64,000 nt of DNA from Candidatus Woesearchaeota archaeon (lineage in GTDB: Archaea > Nanobdellota > Nanobdellia > Woesearchaeales > JAFGPW01), in the NCBI GenBank assembly GCA_016935985.1, contig JAFGPW010000004.1, forward strand, positions 152,752-216,751, given 5' to 3'. The translations under genes were made by a program, and so were the position numbers. Positions 43,078-52,536 of this stretch are shown in pieces (positions within the stretch are counted from its first letter, which is position 1; the number at the start of each line of letters is the position of its first letter). The notes under the pieces were generated by a model. The model had not been told where the DNA came from, made no database searches, and saw nothing but the letters and a program-made list of their open reading frames with translations.

Positions 43078-44091
43078 TCAGAGGCGCTTTCCCTCGTACT
43101 GGGCGATATGCCGCAGACCGCCCATGAGCCGGGAGAAATGCTCGACCGTTATCGTCTGCGCCGCATCCGAGACCGACCGCTCGGGATCGGTGTGCACCTC
43201 GACCATGATGCCGTCGGCGCCTGCCGCTATCGCCGCCTTGCTCATCGGAATGATGTACTCCGGCCTGCCGGTCCCGTGCGAGGGATCGACGATGATCGGG
43301 AGGTGGGAGAGCTGCTTCACCGCAGGCACGACGCACAGGTCGAGGGTGTTGCGCGTGTAGTCGTTGAAGGTCCTGATACCCCGCTCGCACAGGATCACGT
43401 CAGGATTCCCCTCCTTCATGACGTACTCGGCGCTCATCAGGAACTCCTCGAGCGTCGCGCTCATCCCGCGCTTGAGCAGCACCGGCCGCCTGGCCTGCCC
43501 GACCGCACGGAGGAGATCGTAGTTCTGCATGTTGCGCGCGCCTATCTGGAGGATGTCGGCGTACTCGGCGACGAGCGGCACCAGCGCAGGGGTCATCACC
43601 TCGGTGACGACCGGAAGGCCGGTCGCCTCGCGCGCCTGCGCGAGATACACGAGTCCCTTCTCGCCAAGACCGTTGAAGGAATAGGGGCTGGAGCGCGGCT
43701 TGAAGGCGCCGCCGCGGAGCACTGTCGCCCCGACGTCCTTAACCGCATGGGCGATCTCGACGATCTGGTCCCTGCTCTCGACCGCACAGGGGCCAGCCAT
43801 CACGCAGAGCGTGCCGTTTCCGACGCTCGCGGCTCCCGCCGTGACGAGCGTGTCCTCGGCCTTCGTCTCCCGCGAGACGAGCTTGTACTGCGCGAGCACC
43901 CGTTTCACGTCCTCGACGCCGTGCATCGCCTGGAACGCCTCGACGTCGAGAGTGCGTTCATCACCGATGATCGCGATCACCGTCCGTTCGATGCCGTAGA
44001 GCGGCCGCGGCTCGAGCCCGACGCCGTTCACCCTATCGATGACATGCTGGATATCCGCTTCGTTCGCTCCCTTCTTCATGGTTATTATCAT
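43078..44091 (-). CDS. 3-deoxy-7-phosphoheptulonate (DAHP) synthase, type I-beta with an N-terminal ferredoxin-like regulatory domain (or the closely related KDO8P synthase family)
   Basis: A DAHP/KDO8PS TIM-barrel with the motifs [20 protein letters not shown] and DPSHG, plus a ~70-aa N-terminal ACT-like domain. The start is placed at MIITMKKG. Confidence 0.75.
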   Translation of the reverse strand: MIITMKKGANEADIQHVIDRVNGVGLEPRPLYGIERTVIAIIGDERTLDVEAFQAMHGVEDVKRVLAQYKLVSRETKAEDTLVTAGAASVGNGTLCVMAGPCAVESRDQIVEIAHAVKDVGATVLRGGAFKPRSSPYSFNGLGEKGLVYLAQAREATGLPVVTEVMTPALVPLVAEYADILQIGARNMQNYDLLRAVGQARRPVLLKRGMSATLEEFLMSAEYVMKEGNPDVILCERGIRTFNDYTRNTLDLCVVPAVKQLSHLPIIVDPSHGTGRPEYIIPMSKAAIAAGADGIMVEVHTDPERSVSDAAQTITVEHFSRLMGGLRHIAQYEGKRL

Positions 44092-44348
44092 GGCATTCCA
44101 CCGTGTCCTTGAGGCGTCGAGAGCGTCCAATCTAGGTTTGTTCCGCATGGCCCCGCTTCCGGAATGATCAGAAGGGAGCCTTATTGATAGAAGAAAAACC
44201 CGAAGAACGCGCTCTGCCAGCTCGCACTGCATGCATGGTCCTGCCCGGGCTGGCTGCCACTCATGCCTCCCTGAAGCGCTGCAGTCATATAAATAAGTTT
44301 CGGGACCGAAGGCCAAGGCTTATATACGGACCCCTTTTCCGGCCACGC

Positions 44349-45383
44349 ATGGAGAATCTTCCCGCTGATCACGAGGAGACGGTCAGGAGAGCCGGAGAAG
44401 TCTTCAGAGGACGCTTCCCACCGACGACACGCTTCGAGCGCGCGCTGTTCTACGGCTGGTACTGCAGCATCGGCGACTGCGGTTTCTGCTACATGTCCCT
44501 CCCCCACAACCGGACGCGCCCTGGCGCGAGGCGGAGCGTCCACTCGCTCGTCGCCGAGACCGTCCTGTGCAGGGAGCTCGGCTGGAATCTCGGCTTCCTC
44601 TCAGGCGGCCATGACGCCCATACCCTCATCGACTTCCGGCGATTGGTGCGGGCGGTGAGCGAGGCCTATGGGGAAAAGGTATGGATCAACGCAGGCCCGC
44701 TCATGGCAGGAGATCTCAGGCCGCTGCTGCCGTACCTCAAAGGCATCGTGGCATCGATCGAGACGGCCAATCCAGGGATTCACGAACGAGTCTGCCCTTC
44801 AAAGCCGATGGGGCCTTTCGAGGAGTCGCTCAAGGCCGCCACTGGATTCGGCCTCGCGCGCGCGATGACGATCATCCTCGGGCTCGGCGAGACGACTGAC
44901 GACTATCCGCTGCTCAAGGAATTCATCACGAAGCACGGCATCTCCAAGATCCATTTCTACGGGCTCAACCCGCATCCAGGCACGGTCTTCGAGGACGCGA
45001 AGCCGCCGTCTGCCGCCTACCACTCCTGGTGGATCGCGAAGACCAGGATCGATTTCCCGGGAATCGACATCCAGGCAGGCATCTGGGAGGACCGTGCGGG
45101 AAATGTCGCAGAGCTCCTGCGCGCCGGCGCGAACTCGATCTCGAAGTTCCCTGCGATACGCCGGTTCGGAGGCGTCGCCGCGCGTGAGATCGAGCGGCAG
45201 GCGGCAGCCGCGGGAAGACGGTTCGAAGGAACGCTCACCGCGCTTCCTGAGGTCGACTGGCAGGCCCGCGTGGATGCGCTCGCGCTCCCGGAAGAGGACA
45301 GGGCGCTCGTCAGTGCGAAACTCCGCGCGTATCTGCAGAGGATGCGATCAGGGAGTCCCCGCCCGGATACAGCTCGAGCGTGA
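44349..45383 (+). CDS. Radical SAM-like protein with non-canonical Cys spacing (CSIGDCGFC = Cx4Cx2C); function not assigned
   Basis: A Cys triad near the N-terminus followed by a GG.D-like motif and a TIM-barrel-like pattern. A TATA box (catataaata) lies ~60 nt upstream, and the upstream ORF extension is rejected. Confidence 0.45.
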   Translation: MENLPADHEETVRRAGEVFRGRFPPTTRFERALFYGWYCSIGDCGFCYMSLPHNRTRPGARRSVHSLVAETVLCRELGWNLGFLSGGHDAHTLIDFRRLVRAVSEAYGEKVWINAGPLMAGDLRPLLPYLKGIVASIETANPGIHERVCPSKPMGPFEESLKAATGFGLARAMTIILGLGETTDDYPLLKEFITKHGISKIHFYGLNPHPGTVFEDAKPPSAAYHSWWIAKTRIDFPGIDIQAGIWEDRAGNVAELLRAGANSISKFPAIRRFGGVAAREIERQAAAAGRRFEGTLTALPEVDWQARVDALALPEEDRALVSAKLRAYLQRMRSGSPRPDTARA

Positions 45384-46767
45384 TCCCGGCATTCTGATAG
45401 AACAGGTAGGCGCTGCCCTTCGGCAGGATGACATGGAAGGGATTGTCGTCGTACGCCATCGGGGTCCAGGTACCGAAGAACTGGGGGTTGAGCGCCTTGA
45501 ACGAGTCCAGGGCGATGCCCGCATGCCGCGCGAGGTCGGCGATGCGCATCCGCTTCGGCACCATGACGATCTCGAGGCTGTCCCTCACGCCCTCGTCGAC
45601 CATGAAGCCGAACCTTGCGGGATCGGTCGCGATGACGTAGCCGGCGGCCATGATAAGGGGGTAGTTCTGATTCTCGAAGGTCCTGAAATGCGGCTGGAAA
45701 TCCATGAAGTCGACCGTGCCGTAATAGCCGTTCCAAGTGAAGAAGTCCTGTATCCCTTCGACGGGCGTCCCTCTCCGTGCCTCGGTGATGAGATAGTCCC
45801 AATAGCGGTTGTCGGGATCGATGTGGTACCGTGCCTGCACCGCAGGATCGCGGAGCGCTGCGTCGAGGTCCGCGATGAGGCCGCTTTTCCCCCGGTTGTA
45901 GCCTTCGAGCGCGAGGTGCCAGTCGCCCACGAGCGCGAAGAGCTCCCGCTTGTGGCCCGCAGCCGCGACGGTCGACCTGACGAGGTCGTAGCGCCCGTCG
46001 TACCGGTCGGCGTAGCCGTTCCTCTGGTCGCCGATGGCGATGCCGCTGCTCCTGGCGGTGCTGTACTTGAACTGCCACCAGCCCTTGGCACGCGCTCCCG
46101 ATTCCGCCGTGCCGTCGAATCCTGATTCGAAGAGCGCGTTCCAGGCGAGGGCGCTCGGCAGGCCGGCGACTGAGAAGAGCTGTTCCATGAAGCCGATGTA
46201 GGGCTGGGCTGCGGCGAGCGATTCGCCGGTCCTCCCGCGCATGCCACGCTTGTAGAAGAGGTCGTCGAAAGGTATGCCGAGCTCGCGCGAAAGCGCCGTC
46301 TTCTTCGCCCGCATGATCCGCTGGTCGACGGTGGTCGTGTCCCGCCAAGGGTCGGTGATGAGGTAGGGCCTGATCCCCCGCTTCTCGTAGACCTCGAGCG
46401 TGCGGTTGTTGTAGAAGAACACGCTGTCCTCGGTCGTGGTGAGGACGTCGATCCAGAAGTCGACCTTTGGGCCGGCGAGCGGCCGGTAGGCCTGGAAGGA
46501 CCCCTTCTCGAGGGCCGACACGTTTCGTGCAGGGAAGGATATCGTGATCGGGGAGCCATGCTCTGGCGCAGGGGCGTCCGCGGCGACAGAGTCGATCGAC
46601 CGCTCGATCACCGTCGGGAGGGAGGGAGAGGGGAGGTCAGGATAAGTCTTCTTAGGGAGTATCGAAGGAAGGTTCACGAGGAGATAGAGCCCGACGACGA
46701 CGGCGAGCGAGGAGAGCCCCGCCTTCGCGATCCTCCCGCTGTCCATGGCTACCTTCGGAGGGTCCAT
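45310..46767 (-). CDS. Membrane-anchored lytic transglycosylase-like protein (family 1 SLT catalytic domain)
   Basis: An N-terminal TM helix and the SLT motifs E-S (FESGFDGTAESG), GWWQF (GLMQ-like) and EGYNRGKSG (AYNxG-like). Its 3' end overlaps the convergent radical SAM gene by ~74 nt. Confidence 0.6.
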   Translation of the reverse strand: MDPPKVAMDSGRIAKAGLSSLAVVVGLYLLVNLPSILPKKTYPDLPSPSLPTVIERSIDSVAADAPAPEHGSPITISFPARNVSALEKGSFQAYRPLAGPKVDFWIDVLTTTEDSVFFYNNRTLEVYEKRGIRPYLITDPWRDTTTVDQRIMRAKKTALSRELGIPFDDLFYKRGMRGRTGESLAAAQPYIGFMEQLFSVAGLPSALAWNALFESGFDGTAESGARAKGWWQFKYSTARSSGIAIGDQRNGYADRYDGRYDLVRSTVAAAGHKRELFALVGDWHLALEGYNRGKSGLIADLDAALRDPAVQARYHIDPDNRYWDYLITEARRGTPVEGIQDFFTWNGYYGTVDFMDFQPHFRTFENQNYPLIMAAGYVIATDPARFGFMVDEGVRDSLEIVMVPKRMRIADLARHAGIALDSFKALNPQFFGTWTPMAYDDNPFHVILPKGSAYLFYQNAGITLELYPGGDSLIASSADTRGVSH

Positions 46768-46817
46768 GCGCGACAGGGAGCGCGAGGCACTATAAAAAAG
46801 TTGCGCGCGAGGGGACC

Positions 46818-48029
46818 TCACTCATACCGCAGCGCGTCGACCGGCTGCTGCCTGGATGCCTGCATCGCGGGAAGCACGCCGGAACCCGCGCCGACGACGA
46901 AGGCGAAGAGGATGCAACCGGCGGAGAGGTACCAAGGGAAAATCGGCTGGAGCGCGGAATAGCCGACCGCGGCGGCGATCGCGCCGGCAGCCGAGGAGAC
47001 CAGGTAGCCGGAGAGGACGCCGAGGACGCCGCCGATCATGCCGAGGACGCCTGCCTCGAAGATGAAGATGAAGAGGATATCCTCGTTCCGCGCGCCAATC
47101 GCCTTCATGATGCCGATCTCCTTGGTCCGCTCGAGGACGGCGGTGTACATAGTGTTCATGATGTTGACCGAGGCCACGACAACCGAGATGAGGGCTATCA
47201 GGATCAGCATGCCGACGATCACGTCGATCACCGTCCCGAAGGTCTCGAGGAGGTCCGCGTAGGTCTGGACATAGAAGGACTCTTTCCCCACATCCTCGCC
47301 GCGGCGCTTGCGCAGCTTGTCCTCGATGGTCTTGGCGAGCCCTTCGGGATCCGTGCCCTTGTCCGCCTCGATCAGCGCGTAGCCGAACTTGTCCGCCTTG
47401 TCCGGGAACATGCTCTCGAACATATCGAAGGAGAGGTAGACGTTCCCGTCGTCCTGAGGGTTGCCCACTTCCTCGTAGAACCCGACGATGGAGAATGGCT
47501 CGCCGTTAATCTCTACCCTCTCACCGAGCCGCAGCCCGCGCTTGAAGATCTTGTCATCGAGGAGGTAGTTGTAGCCGAGCACCACATTGTTCATGTCGCC
47601 GTCCTCGAGATTCCTGCCCTTGTCTACCTTGACCGTCATCGCCCGGTCGATGAAGTCGATGCTATCCGGGTCGAGGCCCGCGATGAAGTTATAGGCCTTC
47701 TCCTTGCCGGAGACGATCTCGCCGACGCCCATGTACATCCCGGTGGCCTGCGAGACGCCGTTGATGCGCTCGACGAAGTCGAGATCGGCCCCGGTCACGT
47801 AGAAGTTCGTGTCCATCCCAGGGGCGGCCGCGCCCTTCGACATCAGGAAGAGCATGCTCGCCCCCGCCTCGTCGGCGAGGGTGTTGACATAGTTGTTGAT
47901 GCCGAGGCCGAACGAGATGAGGGCATAGATTGCCATCACGCCGATGAGGATGGAGAGGACGGTGAGGAAGCTCCGCGTCTTGCGGTGCACGAGGTTCTGC
48001 AGGGAATAGCGCATCTCGTCGGCTCTCAT
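46818..48029 (-). CDS. ABC transporter permease, FtsX/MacB-like (N-terminal TM helix, large extracytoplasmic domain, three C-terminal TM helices)
   Basis: Topology and the conserved C-terminal FtsX region (IGIMKAIGARN...). Confidence 0.75.
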   Translation of the reverse strand: MRADEMRYSLQNLVHRKTRSFLTVLSILIGVMAIYALISFGLGINNYVNTLADEAGASMLFLMSKGAAAPGMDTNFYVTGADLDFVERINGVSQATGMYMGVGEIVSGKEKAYNFIAGLDPDSIDFIDRAMTVKVDKGRNLEDGDMNNVVLGYNYLLDDKIFKRGLRLGERVEINGEPFSIVGFYEEVGNPQDDGNVYLSFDMFESMFPDKADKFGYALIEADKGTDPEGLAKTIEDKLRKRRGEDVGKESFYVQTYADLLETFGTVIDVIVGMLILIALISVVVASVNIMNTMYTAVLERTKEIGIMKAIGARNEDILFIFIFEAGVLGMIGGVLGVLSGYLVSSAAGAIAAAVGYSALQPIFPWYLSAGCILFAFVVGAGSGVLPAMQASRQQPVDALRYE

Positions 48030-49255
48030 TTGACGAACCTCAGCGCGTCGACCGGCTGCATGCGGGACGCCTGGAGCGCAGGGACGATGCCTGCGGAAAG
48101 GCCGATGACGAAGGAGAAGATGAGCGCTCCCAATATGAGCATCGGGCTCACGTTCGCCTGGATGAGGTCAAACCCGAAGGCCGCACGCCCGGCCGCCGCC
48201 CCGCCGTAGGCGAGGAGCATGCCGAGCAGGATGCCGATGAGGCCGCCGACCATGCCCATCAGGCCTGACTCGATGGCAAAGAGCGAGAAGATCACCGAGT
48301 TCTTCGCGCCGATCGCCTTCATGATGCCGATCTCCCGGGTGCGCTCGAGGACGGCGGTGTACATCGTGTTCGTGATGCCGATGCCGCCGACGACGAGGGA
48401 GATCGACGCGATGATGTAGACGAAGAGCTGGATAGCGAACAGCGTCGAGTTGAGCGACTCGATCGCGTTCTGGGGGGATTCGACCGTGAAGTCCTCCTCG
48501 CCCTTCTTCACGCTCCGCTCCTTCCTGAGGACCTTCTCGATGTCCTCCTTGACGCGGTCCATCCTTGAGACGTCCTGGACCTTCACGCCGAGGATGTTGA
48601 TGTCGTCGCGGCTCCCGTTCCTGAAGAGGTCGAGCATGACATCCTCTTCCATCACCACGATGTTGTCGAAGAGGAAGCTCCCCTTCTTCTCCATGATGCC
48701 GACGACCTCGAACGGTCTGCCGCTGATGAGCACGCGGTCACCGGCATTGATGGGCTTGCCGAACGCGTCGCTCGAAAGGAAATTGTTGCCGAGCAACACA
48801 AGGTAGGTGTCGCCTTCCTTGAGGAGGCGTCCCTGCACCACCTTCATGTTGATCATCGTCTCGACAAGCTTGCGGTTCTTCCCGCCGGGCATCGACATGG
48901 CGTATCCGATGCCCTGGACGTCGTTGAACTCGAGCGTGCCGCTCTCGACGTAGCGGGGGATGACCGCCTCGACGCCGTTCACCCCCTCGATCGGCTTGAT
49001 GAGGTCCTCGGTGAGCGGCTCGACGACGCCGATGCCCGGCGGGCCCGCGAAGTCGAGCCCCTGCGCGCGCACTGAGAGGACGTCGGTGCCGAGGAAGCCG
49101 AACTGGGCTGAGATCGCGGTGCGTAGTCCCTCGCCGAGGCCGATGAGCCCCACCACCGCGGCGATGCCGATGAAGATGCCGAGCATGGTCAGCCAGGAGC
49201 GCAGTCGCCGCCTCGTGATGTTCGCGAGCGACATGAGGAGGTAGTCCTTGAGCAT
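48026..49255 (-). CDS. ABC transporter permease, FtsX/MacB-like (paralog)
   Basis: The same architecture (IGIMKAIGAKN...) and a 4-nt overlap with the downstream permease. Confidence 0.75.
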   Translation of the reverse strand: MLKDYLLMSLANITRRRLRSWLTMLGIFIGIAAVVGLIGLGEGLRTAISAQFGFLGTDVLSVRAQGLDFAGPPGIGVVEPLTEDLIKPIEGVNGVEAVIPRYVESGTLEFNDVQGIGYAMSMPGGKNRKLVETMINMKVVQGRLLKEGDTYLVLLGNNFLSSDAFGKPINAGDRVLISGRPFEVVGIMEKKGSFLFDNIVVMEEDVMLDLFRNGSRDDINILGVKVQDVSRMDRVKEDIEKVLRKERSVKKGEEDFTVESPQNAIESLNSTLFAIQLFVYIIASISLVVGGIGITNTMYTAVLERTREIGIMKAIGAKNSVIFSLFAIESGLMGMVGGLIGILLGMLLAYGGAAAGRAAFGFDLIQANVSPMLILGALIFSFVIGLSAGIVPALQASRMQPVDALRFVK

Positions 49256-49305
49256 CTCTCAGCACCGGGGCATGATGGAGGGGAAAAGAAAGGAAAGGGG
49301 GATGG

Positions 49306-50565
49306 TCACTTCTTCATCCCGTTGTGGTTGCGCCGCTTCTTGCGCCAGCGCCGCCAGAGCACGAAGCCCACGACGAGCACCACGACGACGCCGAGGTAGA
49401 TACCGACACCGCTCTTTTGGACGAGGCCGTACTGCTCCAGCTGCTCCGCCGTGTAGAGCGGGACCTTGAGCTCCACCCGCATGGAGTATTCCTTGTTGTT
49501 CGGGTCGAGGTAGGTCACCTGGAGGGGGAGCGTCACCGCGCCGGAGGCCGCCTTCTCGATGTAGAGGTCGAAGTCAGCGGTCTCGTAGTCATCGGAGTCA
49601 ATGTTGCCGAGGTAGAGCTCGGTGGGCGAGAAGACCTTGTAGAGGTCTGACCCTTCGAGCACGACGTTGACGAACTTGACGTCCGAGAGCCCGCGGTTGA
49701 CGAACTTGACCGTGACCTCTCCCTTCGAGCCGGAAGATCGGATGTCTGTGGTGTCGAGGATGACCGAGAGGTCGGGCGTGCTCCCCACCACGAGACTCGT
49801 CACCGCGGCCATGGTGTAGTCCTCGCCGTCCATGTCGCTGTAGGTGATGGCGACGGGGATCTTGTAGACGCCGGAAGCGGCGTCAGATTCCGCGATGAGC
49901 TTGAACTCGACCGCCTGCTCCTTGCCGGGGTCGAGCCGCTTGATGACCTTCTCGTTCGTCGAGTCGACCGGCGCGAACGGCACGTCAGTGCCCGAGAGCC
50001 CGAGGGAGACCTTGATGTCCTTGAGGCCGGTCCCGACCATGTTCTTCAGCCGCATGGAGACGTCGACCGTGTCGCCGGGGGAGACATGGGAGGGGTCTGC
50101 GGTGACGTCGACAATCGAGATGACGGCGTTCGATGAGCCGACCCTGACGTCGAAGTCGTCGGTGGGGTGCCAGATGTCGTCAGCCCCCTTCTTGTACCTG
50201 AGGCTGAGCTTGGAGATCCCGTCGATCGCGTCGGCATCGACCCTGAGCCGGTAGGCCATGATGGCCTCCTGGTCCTCGTCCGCGCTCGCTCGGATCGACC
50301 CGTAGTAGCGCATCGCCGAGGCGCCGGGATCGAGGGAGAATGGATAGTTGTATATGAGCTCGAAGCTCACGTCCTCCGCCTGCTGCGTGCCGACGTTCTC
50401 GATCAGGAACCTGACGTCGACGTAGCCGCCGGGCTCCGCCGGGAAGGGGTCCTGGTTGAGCAGGGTGACCGTGAGCTTCGATGCTGTCGGGGTCGCCCCG
50501 AACGCCGGCACGATGCCTATCATCATCATGACTGTCAATGCCATCGCGAATGCTGTCTTACGCAT
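49306..50565 (-). CDS. Secreted, C-terminally anchored protein built of repeated beta-sandwich (CARDB/COG1361-like) domains
   Basis: A signal peptide MRKTAFAMALTVMMMIGIVPAFGA; three to four ~100-aa repeats with alternating hydrophobic beta patterns; a C-terminal TM helix plus RRWRKKRR. Confidence 0.6.
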   Translation of the reverse strand: MRKTAFAMALTVMMMIGIVPAFGATPTASKLTVTLLNQDPFPAEPGGYVDVRFLIENVGTQQAEDVSFELIYNYPFSLDPGASAMRYYGSIRASADEDQEAIMAYRLRVDADAIDGISKLSLRYKKGADDIWHPTDDFDVRVGSSNAVISIVDVTADPSHVSPGDTVDVSMRLKNMVGTGLKDIKVSLGLSGTDVPFAPVDSTNEKVIKRLDPGKEQAVEFKLIAESDAASGVYKIPVAITYSDMDGEDYTMAAVTSLVVGSTPDLSVILDTTDIRSSGSKGEVTVKFVNRGLSDVKFVNVVLEGSDLYKVFSPTELYLGNIDSDDYETADFDLYIEKAASGAVTLPLQVTYLDPNNKEYSMRVELKVPLYTAEQLEQYGLVQKSGVGIYLGVVVVLVVGFVLWRRWRKKRRNHNGMKK

Positions 50566-51298
50566 GTGATTCACCTCGTCTGCTGGTGGGATTCGATGAG
50601 TGTGCATGGTTGTTCTTGGTGTCCTTGACGATCGCGCCGTCCTTCAGGTAGACCACCCGGTCGGCGTATTTCGCCAGGTTCTGGTCGTGCGTGACCATGA
50701 TGATCGTCTTGTGCTTCTCGCGGTTGAGCTTCTTCATGAACTCCATCACGTTGATGCCGGTCTTGGAGTCGAGGTTGCCGGTCGGCTCGTCGGCGAGGAT
50801 GACGTCGGGGTCGTTCACGAGCGAACGGGCGATCGCGACCCGCTGCTGCTGCCCGCCGGAGAGCTCGGTCGGCTTGTGGCCTATCCGGTCGCCGAGCCCG
50901 ACGAGCTCGAGCACTTCCCGCGCCTTCACGATGCGCTCCTCGTGCGGGACGTCCTGGAATGTCATGGGAAGCATCACGTTCTCGAGCGCCGTGAGCGTCG
51001 CTATCAGGTTGAAGTTCTGGAAGATGAAGCCGATTGTCTGGCCGCGGATCTGGGCGAGGTCGGACTCGTCCATCTCGGAGATGTCATCGCCGTTGAGGAA
51101 GATATGCCCTTCGGTCGGGATGTCGAGGCAGCCCACCATGTTCATCATGGTCGACTTGCCGCTGCCCGACGGGCCTTCGATCACGAGGAACTCGCCGGGA
51201 TAGATATCAAGGTTAGCATTGCAGACTGCCATCACATTGACCTCTCCCATCTGGTAGGTTTTGCATACGTCCTTGAGCCTGATGATCGGGTGCGCCAT
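50558..51298 (-). CDS. ABC transporter ATP-binding protein (MacB/LolD-like)
   Basis: Walker A GPSGSGKST, the signature LSGGQQQRVAIARSL, Walker B ILADEPTGNLD and an H-loop. Confidence 0.85.
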   Translation of the reverse strand: MAHPIIRLKDVCKTYQMGEVNVMAVCNANLDIYPGEFLVIEGPSGSGKSTMMNMVGCLDIPTEGHIFLNGDDISEMDESDLAQIRGQTIGFIFQNFNLIATLTALENVMLPMTFQDVPHEERIVKAREVLELVGLGDRIGHKPTELSGGQQQRVAIARSLVNDPDVILADEPTGNLDSKTGINVMEFMKKLNREKHKTIIMVTHDQNLAKYADRVVYLKDGAIVKDTKNNHAHSSNPTSRRGESHA

Positions 51299-51303
51299 GA
51301 TTC

Positions 51304-51786
51304 TCACATCCTCTCGATTTTCGCTTGCATCTCCTTCATGATGGCATCGAACCTCATCAGCTGCGTGTAGTAGTCGGTGATGATCTGGAGCTTCTTGCGC
51401 TCGATATCGGTGAGCTTCGCCTTTCTCGCGCTCTCGATGATGGGGGGGATGGTCCGCTTCGCCGGCTCGATGAAATGGGCAGTGAAGGCGTCCATCTTGC
51501 TGCGCAGGAGGGTAGGCAAATCGCTCTCTATATGATAGTAGACCTTCTTCGATCCCGGCCTCTTGGTCCGCTGGACCTGGCCGATGCTCTCGAAGAGCTT
51601 GAGCTTGCTCGAGACCGAGGCGAGAGAGTAGCCGGTCCGCTCCGCGAGCTCGTGTATCGATATCTCCCCCGGTTCCAGGAACAGTACGCCGACGAGCTTC
51701 GCGCCGAGCATATCCATGCCGAAACTCCTGAAAACCTGGATGATGAAATCCTGGAACTCCTTCTCGAATGCCGCCATTTTCACCAT
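51304..51786 (-). CDS. Winged-helix transcriptional regulator (MarR/TrmB-like) heading the ABC operon
   Basis: An HTH region (ISIHELAERTGYSLASVSSKLKLFESIGQV) followed by a wing (RTKRPGSKKVYY). Confidence 0.55.
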   Translation of the reverse strand: MVKMAAFEKEFQDFIIQVFRSFGMDMLGAKLVGVLFLEPGEISIHELAERTGYSLASVSSKLKLFESIGQVQRTKRPGSKKVYYHIESDLPTLLRSKMDAFTAHFIEPAKRTIPPIIESARKAKLTDIERKKLQIITDYYTQLMRFDAIMKEMQAKIERM

Positions 51787-51930
51787 TTATCGAATTTTCA
51801 GTATAATCTGGATATGATGATTATTGAGGTATATAAAGGTTATGAAAGGACATACAGTTTTCAGTATTGAAAACAATCCATGCCGCAGCCACCGTAAAGA
51901 ATAAATAGTGCAGAGCCGTTCGCGGGCAGA

Positions 51931-52536
51931 ATGCGGCGCAAAAGGAAGGACACGCTCCTGTCCGGCAAGAACCTCATGGCAGGATTCATCGTCAGCATCA
52001 TGGTGCTCTCGGTGCTCGGCTTCATGTGGGGCAGGGAGGCTGACACCCAAGGGAGCCTCACTTATGATGGCATCGTGTTCGACAGGGTCCAGGAAGGCTG
52101 GCAGACGGAGGTCGGCGGCAGCAGCCACCTTTTCCAGTATTTCCCCGGCGAGGTGGATGCAATCGACTTCTCGTCCGCTGACGCCGTGATGGTCCGTGAC
52201 GCGAGGATGATGGTCTTCCTCTTCGACCCTGATGACCCCGACCTCGTGACTCTCGACACCCTGCGGCTCGACCTTTCGGACGCCTTCGCGACCGGCTTTG
52301 ACAGCTATCTCTCGAGCGCGACGACCGCGGCATCCGACCTATACGCGCTTCCGGTCCTCGGCTGCGCGAACGCCTCGCAGTATATCCCCTTCATCTATTT
52401 CACGCGCGGCAACGAGACGGGGATCGCGCCATCGGCCGAGAGCCCGTACTGCCTGGTGCTCTCTGGCAGCTCAGGGATGCACTATGTCCAGCTCAAGGAC
52501 CGGCTCCTCTACGGCATGCTCGGGGTGATCGGATGA
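51931..52536 (+). CDS. Hypothetical N-terminally anchored extracytoplasmic protein
   Basis: An ORF with a single N-terminal TM helix; no motif recognised. Confidence 0.4.
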   Translation: MRRKRKDTLLSGKNLMAGFIVSIMVLSVLGFMWGREADTQGSLTYDGIVFDRVQEGWQTEVGGSSHLFQYFPGEVDAIDFSSADAVMVRDARMMVFLFDPDDPDLVTLDTLRLDLSDAFATGFDSYLSSATTAASDLYALPVLGCANASQYIPFIYFTRGNETGIAPSAESPYCLVLSGSSGMHYVQLKDRLLYGMLGVIG

